Assembly (NCBI GenBank): GCA_037443365.1
Contig: JBBIOM010000041.1
Coordinates: forward strand, 1-15,911
Direction: 5' to 3'
Source: Armatimonadota bacterium
Lineage (GTDB): Bacteria > Sysuimicrobiota > Sysuimicrobiia > Sysuimicrobiales > Humicultoraceae
Length of the DNA stretch: 15,911 nucleotides
Each line of letters begins with the position of its first letter. Position 1 is the stretch's first letter. A program made the position numbers and the translations under genes. This document shows, piece by piece, positions 1-5,527 of this stretch. The notes below the pieces were generated by a model. The model saw only the letters and a program-made list of their open reading frames with translations. It did not search any database and was not told where the DNA came from.

Positions 1-12
1 GGCTCCGCGGTC

Positions 13-825
13 CTAGCGCGCCTCGGCCCGGCCCCTCCCGACCAGCGCCGCCGCCCCGAAGAGCGCAAGCGCCACCAGCACGATCGCCCCGCCCGCGGCG
101 ACGTCGAGGTAGAACGCCGCCACCAGCCCCAGCAGCACCGCGGCGAGCGCGAAGACGACCGCCCCGGCCAGCGTGCTGCGGAAAGAAGACGCAACCTGCA
201 TCGCGGCGAGCGTCGGCAGCACGAGCAGCGCGCCCACCAGCAGTATGCCCACTATCCGCATCGCAAGCACGACCACCAGCGCGGTGAGCACAGCGAACAG
301 AAGGTTCAAGGAGCGTACGGGCAGCCCGCTCGTCCGCGCCGTCTCCTCGTCGAAGGTGATCGCGAACAGCTCTTTGCGGAGCGCCAGAACGACCGCGCCC
401 ACCACTACGCCCAGCGACGCGACTACCCACAGGTCGAGTTCCGTCACCGTCGTGATGCTGCCGAACAGGTAGCCGAAGAGGTCCACCGTGAAGCCGCGCG
501 CCAGCCCGATCAGCACGATCGCCACCGCGAGCCCTCCCGAGAGGAACACGGCGAGCGCCGCGTCTCCGAACAGCCGCCCGCGCGCGCGCAGGGTCTCGAT
601 TCCCACGCCCCCGGCCACGGCGACCACGAGCGCCGAGACGATCGGGTGCAGCCCGGCGAACAGCCCGACCGCGATGCCGGCCAGCGCCACGTGCGCGAGC
701 GTATCGGCTATCAGCGAGAGGCGCCGCAGCACCAGGAAGACGCCTATCAGGGGACAGACCACCGCGACGATCACCCCGGCGAGCAGGGCGCGCTGCATGA
801 ACGCGTGCTGCAGCATCTCGGGCAT
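13..825 (-). CDS. znuB: Zn/Mn ABC transporter permease (ZnuB/ABC-3 family)
   Basis: 270-aa very hydrophobic ORF with ABC-3 hallmarks FMQRALLAG, LRRLSLIADTLAHVALAG, YLFGSI, FDEETARTSGLP, IVGILLVGALLVLP; last gene of the operon. Confidence 0.93.
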   Translation of the reverse strand: MPEMLQHAFMQRALLAGVIVAVVCPLIGVFLVLRRLSLIADTLAHVALAGIAVGLFAGLHPIVSALVVAVAGGVGIETLRARGRLFGDAALAVFLSGGLAVAIVLIGLARGFTVDLFGYLFGSITTVTELDLWVVASLGVVVGAVVLALRKELFAITFDEETARTSGLPVRSLNLLFAVLTALVVVLAMRIVGILLVGALLVLPTLAAMQVASSFRSTLAGAVVFALAAVLLGLVAAFYLDVAAGGAIVLVALALFGAAALVGRGRAEAR

Positions 826-832
826 AGGGGCC

Positions 833-1642
833 TCAGTGCACGTGCGACACGACGCGCACGCCGGTGTGGTAGACCGCGCGCAGCGCGTCGCTCTCCAGGA
901 ACGCGCGCGGGTCGCCGTGGTATACGAGGGTGCGGTTCATGCAGGCCAGCGTGGTCACCTCTGATGCGATCACGCCGACGTCGTGGGATATCATCACCAG
1001 CGTCACCCCGAGATCGCGGTGCAGGTAGCGGAGCAGCTCGTAGAACCGCTCCTGCGCGCCCGCGTCCACGCCGACGAGCGGCTCATCCAGGATCAGCAGC
1101 TCGGGCTCGCTGACCAGCGCCCGGGCGATGAACGCGCGCTGCTGCTGGCCGGTGGACAGGTGTCCTATCATCCGAGCGCCGAACTGGGCGACGCCGACCG
1201 TCTCCATGGCGCGCTCGACCGCCAGCCGGTCCTCCTTCCCTGGAACCCTCAGCAGGCCGGTCCGTGCGACCCGGCCGCTGGATACGACCTCGCGCACCGT
1301 GGCCGGGAACCGGGGGTCGAAGGCGGTGACGCGCTGGGGCACATAGCCGATGCGCCGCCATTCGTTGAAGCGCCCGATGCTGGTGCCGAACAGCAGCACC
1401 TCGCCGCACGACGGGCGCAGCAGCCCGACCAGGATGCGCAGCAGCGTCGTCTTCCCAGACCCGTTGGGGCCGATGATGCCGAGGAAATCCCCGGCGTGGA
1501 TGGCAAACGAGATGTCCTCGATCACGCGCTCGTGGTCGTACGCGAAGCAGATGCCGCGCACCTCGACAACAGGGACGCGTACTGCGCCGCCCGCGGGAGG
1601 GCAGCCGTCCGGGGGCCTGCCAGGGGGCCCGGCTAGCGGCAT
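833..1642 (-). CDS. znuC: Zn/Mn ABC transporter ATP-binding protein
   Basis: C-terminal part of the 833..2284 ORF: Walker A GPNGSGKTT, Q-loop IGYVPQ, signature LSTGQQQR, Walker B LLILDEP, SHD switch, C-terminal HVH. ATG at 1642 overlaps the znuA stop; the longer ORF is a shadow extension. Exact start uncertain. Confidence 0.92.
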   Translation of the reverse strand: MPLAGPPGRPPDGCPPAGGAVRVPVVEVRGICFAYDHERVIEDISFAIHAGDFLGIIGPNGSGKTTLLRILVGLLRPSCGEVLLFGTSIGRFNEWRRIGYVPQRVTAFDPRFPATVREVVSSGRVARTGLLRVPGKEDRLAVERAMETVGVAQFGARMIGHLSTGQQQRAFIARALVSEPELLILDEPLVGVDAGAQERFYELLRYLHRDLGVTLVMISHDVGVIASEVTTLACMNRTLVYHGDPRAFLESDALRAVYHTGVRVVSHVH

Positions 1643-2568
1643 CCCAGTCCCTCGCGCAGGACGCGCAGGTTCTCGTCCATGACCTTCACGTAGTCTCCTC
1701 CGGCAGCGATCTCCTCGCGCGTCAGCCCCTCGAGTGTGCGCAGCATCATGGTGCCGGCCCCGATCTCGCGCGCCAGGGTGACGGCGGCGCGCGGCGCGGG
1801 CAGGTGCTCGATGAACACCACGCGCACGTCCCGCTCGCGCAGCTTCCCTGCCAGGCGGGCGAGCGCGCCCGGAGTCGGATCGCCCTCCGGCACCAGCCCG
1901 GCCAGCCCGATCTGCTCGAGGCCGTAGCGCCTGGCCAGATACGCGAACGCGGTGTGCGTCGTCACCAGCAGCCGCCGCTCGCAATGCGCCAGGCCCTGGC
2001 TGAAGCGCTCGTGCAGCCCTGCCAGTTCCCGACGGAAGGCGTCGGCGGCCCGCAGATAGGCCTGTGCGCCGGCAGGATCGGTCGCCGCGAGCGCGATCTG
2101 GATCGTCTCGAGCATCTGTGCCGCCAACAGCGGGTCCAGCCAGGCGTGGGGATCCGGCGCGGCCGGACCGCGCCGGTGGCCGCCCTCGTCGGTCCCGCCG
2201 GATGTGACGATGAGCGGCAGGCCCGCGGTGGCGCGGATCACGCCTACCTGGGGCGGCAGCGACGGGAGCAGACGCTCGACCCACGGCTCGAACCCCGCGC
2301 CGTTGAAGATGAACAGGCGCGCCCGGCCGATCGCGGCCACGTCCTGTGGGCCGGGTTCGAAGTCGTGCGCCTCGGCGCCCGCGGGCACCAGCGTCCGCAC
2401 CTCGACGCGCGCGCCGCCGACCCTGCGCGCAAACTCGGCCAGGGGATAGATCGTGGCCACCACTACCGGGCGGGACGCGGGCGGTGTGGCCGTGCGTGAC
2501 CTCACGACCACAAGAGCAAGCAGCGGGATCGCGACAACCAGGAGCACGGCCCCGACTCGACGGTTCAT
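1633..2568 (-). CDS. znuA: Zn ABC transporter substrate-binding protein (ZnuA/AdcA, cluster A-I)
   Basis: From MNRRVGAVLLVVAIPLLALVVV (signal/anchor, no lipobox Cys); motifs VVATIYPL, EAHDFEP, DPHAWLDP, TTHTAFAYLARRYGL, VFIE give His/His/His/Glu ligands; ends YVKVMDENL. Confidence 0.92.
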   Translation of the reverse strand: MNRRVGAVLLVVAIPLLALVVVRSRTATPPASRPVVVATIYPLAEFARRVGGARVEVRTLVPAGAEAHDFEPGPQDVAAIGRARLFIFNGAGFEPWVERLLPSLPPQVGVIRATAGLPLIVTSGGTDEGGHRRGPAAPDPHAWLDPLLAAQMLETIQIALAATDPAGAQAYLRAADAFRRELAGLHERFSQGLAHCERRLLVTTHTAFAYLARRYGLEQIGLAGLVPEGDPTPGALARLAGKLRERDVRVVFIEHLPAPRAAVTLAREIGAGTMMLRTLEGLTREEIAAGGDYVKVMDENLRVLREGLGCR

Positions 2569-2578
2569 CGCGCTCGCC

Positions 2579-2959
2579 TCACCGGCACCGCGCGCAGTAG
2601 CCGAGGAACTCGAGCCGATGCCCTGTGACGCGGAACCCCGCCGCCGCGCCACGAGGCGCGCGCGGCGCCGGACAGCGATCCAGCGGCTGCCACCGGCCGC
2701 AACCCAGGCAGACCAGGTGGTCGTGGTGCTCGGTCGCCAGGCCGTATCGGACCGCGCCGCCGATAGAGGCGGTCTCCACGAGGCCGGCCCGCGCGAACGC
2801 TCCCAGCGCCCGATAGATCGTGGCGAGCCCCACGGCGTGCCCATCGCGCCCCACGCGACGGTGGATCTCCCTTGCGGTCAGGTGGCAGCCGGCGGTCTGG
2901 AGCACGCGCAGGATGCGCCGGCGCTGGGTCGTGTCGCGCGTCCGTCTTGGGCCGGTCAA
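2579..2959 (-). CDS. zur: Fur-family metalloregulator, most likely Zur
   Basis: RDTTQRRRIL..HLTAREI..GLATIYRAL helix-turn-helix, HHDHLVCLGCG and YCARC (two CxxC). TTG start at 2959 follows GGAGG by 6 nt. First gene of a znu operon, hence Zur rather than Fur (inference). Confidence 0.88.
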   Translation of the reverse strand: MTGPRRTRDTTQRRRILRVLQTAGCHLTAREIHRRVGRDGHAVGLATIYRALGAFARAGLVETASIGGAVRYGLATEHHDHLVCLGCGRWQPLDRCPAPRAPRGAAAGFRVTGHRLEFLGYCARCR

Positions 2960-2978
2960 CGCGTGCCTCCGCGAGAGT

Positions 2979-2999
2979 AAGTGAGAACCCTTCTCACTT
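2979..2999. promoter_or_regulatory. Putative Zur/Fur-type operator (perfect 9-3-9 palindrome)
   Basis: AAGTGAGAA-CCC-TTCTCACTT between the -10 element and the zur RBS; resembles TGAnAAnnnTTnTCA Fur-family boxes. Confidence 0.8.
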
Positions 3000-3012
3000 G
3001 GTTGGCGCAGTG

Positions 3013-3042
3013 ATTGTACGGCTCGGGCAGGGAAGCCGTCAA
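3013..3042 (-). promoter_or_regulatory. Sigma70-type promoter of the zur-znu operon (proximal)
   Basis: Minus strand TTGACG (3042-3037), 18-nt spacer, TACAAT (3018-3013). Confidence 0.75.
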
Positions 3043-3077
3043 CAGGGGATGAGTGCCGGTGGCCGAGACGGAAAGAG

Positions 3078-3189
3078 GGCGCGGCCGGGACGGGGACGAC
3101 GGTGGGGATGCAGCGTTGCGCCTGCGGGCGCCGGATCGCCGTGCCGGATGCGGCGACCGGCGTGCCCTCCCCGGTATCCCGGCCGCGCC
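3078..3189. other. Multi-branched inverted-repeat structure (candidate structured RNA)
   Basis: Perfect 13-bp IR GGCGCGGCCGGGA (3078-3090)/TCCCGGCCGCGCC (3177-3189), extended by CGGGGA (3091-3096)/TCCCCG (3168-3173), enclosing hairpins at ~3110-3125 and ~3126-3167. Confidence 0.5.
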
Positions 3190-3240
3190 ACGGTCGGGCT
3201 TGAGTGAACGCGGCAGAGCGCCTTCCGCGGACCGACCCGG

Positions 3241-3281
3241 AAAACAAAAACGCGAGCGCGAATGGAAGCACTCGCCTCGCG
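3241..3281 (-). terminator. Intrinsic terminator (riboswitch expression platform)
   Basis: Minus strand CGCGAG-GCGAGUG-[CUUC]-CAUUCGC-G-CUCGCG (13 bp, one bulge, one G-U) followed by UUUUUGUUUU. Confidence 0.85.
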
Positions 3282-3287
3282 GTGCTT

Positions 3288-3374
3288 CCTCTTCGGCAAC
3301 CCAGCCGGCCACCTTTCTTCTGTGGCCCTGTGGCTTTGCGTCCCCGGATCACTCCGGGTTTGCCCGTTCGGAGG
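3288..3374 (-). ncRNA. c-di-GMP-I (GEMM-I) riboswitch aptamer
   Basis: Minus strand CCUCCGAAC-GGGCAAA-CCCGGA-GUGA-UCCGGG-GACGCAAAG-CCACAGGGCCAC-AGAAGAAAG-GUGGCCGGCUGG-GUUGCCGAAGAGG. It shows the conserved GGCAAA, GNRA-capped P2, GACGCAAAGCC, P3 and GUURCCGA segments; P1 is CCUC/GAGG. Confidence 0.92.
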
Positions 3375-3397
3375 TGAGTCCGTATTCGGTTACATCA

Positions 3398-3426
3398 AGC
3401 GTACCGCTACCAACCACACTTGGCAA
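3398..3426 (-). promoter_or_regulatory. Sigma70-type promoter driving the riboswitch (distal)
   Basis: Minus strand TTGCCA (3426-3421), 17-nt spacer, TACGCT (3403-3398); predicted start ~3391, about 17 nt before P1. Confidence 0.65.
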
Positions 3427-3451
3427 TACCCCGAATCGAGTCACCTAGAGG

Positions 3452-3591
3452 GGCTCCGCCGGCTCTCGTGTGGGTAGAGATCCAGGCGTCCACAACCGTC
3501 ACCTGTCGGCCAGGGAGGTCCAGGTCCACGCTCACCACCCACCAGGGCGGGGCGAGTCCCAAATTGCGCGAAACAGCTCGACGTCGCGCAC
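3452..3591 (-). pseudogene. ISL3 transposase remnant (N- and C-terminal fragments fused)
   Basis: AGGAGG RBS (3605-3600), GTG 3591: MRDVELFRAI, then a 1-nt frameshift at ~3562 into LGLAPPWWVVSVDLDLPGRQVTVV (recalled ISL3 N-terminal pattern), joined at ~3490-3494 in another frame to CGRLDLYPHES (recalled ISL3 C-terminal GxLDLYP). Confidence 0.75.
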
Positions 3592-3637
3592 GCTCGCGGC
3601 CTCCTCTCATCCTGTAAGACCACGAGCATTCGGAGAC
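3452..3637 (-). mobile_element. Internally deleted ISL3-family element (MITE-like, 186 bp)
   Basis: One end is GGCTCCGCCGGCTCTCGTGTGGGTAG (3452-3477; ISL3 ends typically start GGCTC). The imperfect inverted other end reads GTCTCCGAATGCTCGTG (3637-3621). Both termini of an ISL3-type transposase lie inside. No target-site duplication seen. Confidence 0.72.
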
Positions 3638-3661
3638 GGGGTAGGAGCGGCTCCCACGGGA

Positions 3662-3689
3662 GCAGGTTCGAGTCCTGCAGGACCTACCA
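3662..3689 (+). other. tRNA 3'-end fragment (T-arm, acceptor 3' strand, ACCA); att-site-like
   Basis: GCAGG-TTCGAGT-CCTGC-AGGACCT-A-CCA has exact tRNA 3' geometry and resembles tRNA-Lys/Ile2 3' ends; no D arm, anticodon arm or correctly placed 5' acceptor strand upstream. Confidence 0.75.
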
Positions 3690-3700
3690 GAACCGTTCGG

Positions 3701-4591
3701 TCACTTCAGCCTGGGGTCCAGCACGTCGCGCAAGCCGTCGCCCGTCAGATTGAGCCCTAGCACAGCCAGCAGGATAGCCACGCCAGGGAACAGGCTCATC
3801 CACCACGCGTCCCTCACGAAGGCCCGTCCCGAATAGGCCATCGCACCCCATTCAGGCGTGGGGGGCTGTGCCCCCAGCCCCAGGAAGCTGAGGGCGGCTG
3901 TCGCCAGAATCGCGCCTCCGAACTGAAGGGTGGCTATCACGATTACTGGTGCGAGGACGTTGTGCAGCACATGGCGCAAGAGCAGGCGCAGGTCAGAGGC
4001 TCCCAGCGCCCTTGCGGCCTCGATGTAATCGTACTCCTTGATTGCCAACACCGCTCCGCGGACTACGCGGATGAACGTTGGAGCAGCAGAGATCCCTACG
4101 GCAATCATCGCGTTCCGCAGCCCCGTACCGAGCACAGCGACAATGGCGATGGCCAGCAACAAGGTGGGGAACGCGAGCCAGATGTCAACCAACCGCATGA
4201 ACACGGCGTCGGCCCGGGGATAGAAGCCGCTTGTCACCCCGATCGTCACGCCCAGGAAGGCGGAGATGCTCACCGCGATGATCCCCGCTATCAAGGAGGG
4301 TCTGCTGCCCCAGATAAGCATTCTGAAGAGATCACGTCCGAACTCGTCGGTACCCGCAGGGTACTGTCGCGAGGGCGGCAGTAGCCGATCCTCGAAGTGC
4401 ATGGAATAGGGATCGTATGGCGCCAGGATCGGCGCTAGCAGCCCGACGAGAACAAGCAGGCAGATGATGGTGAGGCCCACCATGGCGCTGCGGTGCCTCC
4501 ACAGGCGGTTGGCCACGACACGTGTGGGGCTGGGAGCCGCTATTCGGTCCGGGTCGTGCGCGGGCTGTGCCAGCGCGGGGGTGTTGGCCAT
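3701..4591 (-). CDS. Peptide/nickel ABC transporter permease (DppC/OppC family)
   Basis: GTDEFGRDLF, MRLVDIWLAFPTLLLAI, EAA loop YIEAARALGAS, LSFLGLGAQPPTPEWG, GDGLRDVLDPR; start MANTP at 4591 after GAGGAG. Confidence 0.93.
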   Translation of the reverse strand: MANTPALAQPAHDPDRIAAPSPTRVVANRLWRHRSAMVGLTIICLLVLVGLLAPILAPYDPYSMHFEDRLLPPSRQYPAGTDEFGRDLFRMLIWGSRPSLIAGIIAVSISAFLGVTIGVTSGFYPRADAVFMRLVDIWLAFPTLLLAIAIVAVLGTGLRNAMIAVGISAAPTFIRVVRGAVLAIKEYDYIEAARALGASDLRLLLRHVLHNVLAPVIVIATLQFGGAILATAALSFLGLGAQPPTPEWGAMAYSGRAFVRDAWWMSLFPGVAILLAVLGLNLTGDGLRDVLDPRLK

Positions 4592-4595
4592 CTCC

Positions 4596-5516
4596 TCACT
4601 CGTACCTGATCCGGGGATCAAGCAGGCCGTAGAGCAGGTCCACAATCAGGTTCACGACAACGAAGACCATGGCAAAGATCAGGACCACCCCCTGGATCAC
4701 GGGGAAGTCGCGCTTCGCGATTGCCTGAACCGCGTACTGCCCAACGCCGGGCAGGGCGAAGACTGTCTCTGTTACCACCGCGCCAGACAACAGGCCGCCG
4801 AACTGCAGCCCGATCAAAGTGACAACAGGAATCAGGGCGTTGCGCAAGGCGTGACGGTAGAGAACCCCGAAGCGCGTCGCGCCCTTGGCGTGGGCGGTTC
4901 GGACGTAGTCCTGCCGGAGGACCTCGAGCAGGCTACTCCGCGTGAGGCGGGCGATGCTGCCCCCGGACAGCAGCCCGAGCGTCACGGCGGGTAGCACGAG
5001 CGAGTGCAGCCCGTCGAATCCCGATACCGGGAAGAGCGCCAACTTGACGGCGAAGGCCCACATGAGGAGGAATGCTATCCAGAAACTCGGCGCGGAGATG
5101 CCGATGAGGGCGCCTACCATCAGCGCGAAGTCGGCCGGGCGGTTGTGACTGACGGCTGCCCCAACGCCGGCCGAGAGCCCGATAGCGACGCCGACGGCCA
5201 GGCTCATCAAGGCCAACCGGAGCGTGACCGGAAACCTCGCCTTGATCTCTCGCGATACGGGCAGGTTGGTAATCAGCGATCGACCCAGGTCACCCTTGGC
5301 GACTCGCCATACGAAGCCCGCGTATTGCTCGTGCAGGGGGGCATCCAGCCCCATGCTCCTTCGGAGCTCGGTAACGGCCTCCGGTGGGGCAAACTCGCCC
5401 AGCATGTAGCGGACGGGATCCCCCGGGATCAGGTGAAGGAGCCCAAACACAAGCGCCGAAACGCCAAGGAGCACAAAGATCGTGCTCCCCAGGCGTTTGG
5501 CGACGTAGACCTGCAT
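4596..5516 (-). CDS. Peptide/nickel ABC transporter permease (DppB/OppB family)
   Basis: LIPGDPV, GDLGRSL, DYVRTAHAKG, HALRNALIP, VTETVFALPGVG, RDFPVIQG, DLLYGLLDPRI. Confidence 0.94.
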   Translation of the reverse strand: MQVYVAKRLGSTIFVLLGVSALVFGLLHLIPGDPVRYMLGEFAPPEAVTELRRSMGLDAPLHEQYAGFVWRVAKGDLGRSLITNLPVSREIKARFPVTLRLALMSLAVGVAIGLSAGVGAAVSHNRPADFALMVGALIGISAPSFWIAFLLMWAFAVKLALFPVSGFDGLHSLVLPAVTLGLLSGGSIARLTRSSLLEVLRQDYVRTAHAKGATRFGVLYRHALRNALIPVVTLIGLQFGGLLSGAVVTETVFALPGVGQYAVQAIAKRDFPVIQGVVLIFAMVFVVVNLIVDLLYGLLDPRIRYE

Positions 5517-5527
5517 ATCCCAGAAGT

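Noticed and set aside
1-8. GGCTCCGC identical to the IS end at 3452-3459
   Set aside because: An 8-bp match in very GC-rich DNA at the window edge; similarity does not extend convincingly.
3600-3689. Complete tRNA or tmRNA gene
   Set aside because: Only the T-arm and 3' acceptor strand exist; there is no D or anticodon arm, and GGGGCT at ~3450 cannot pair with AGGACCT and belongs to the IS end.
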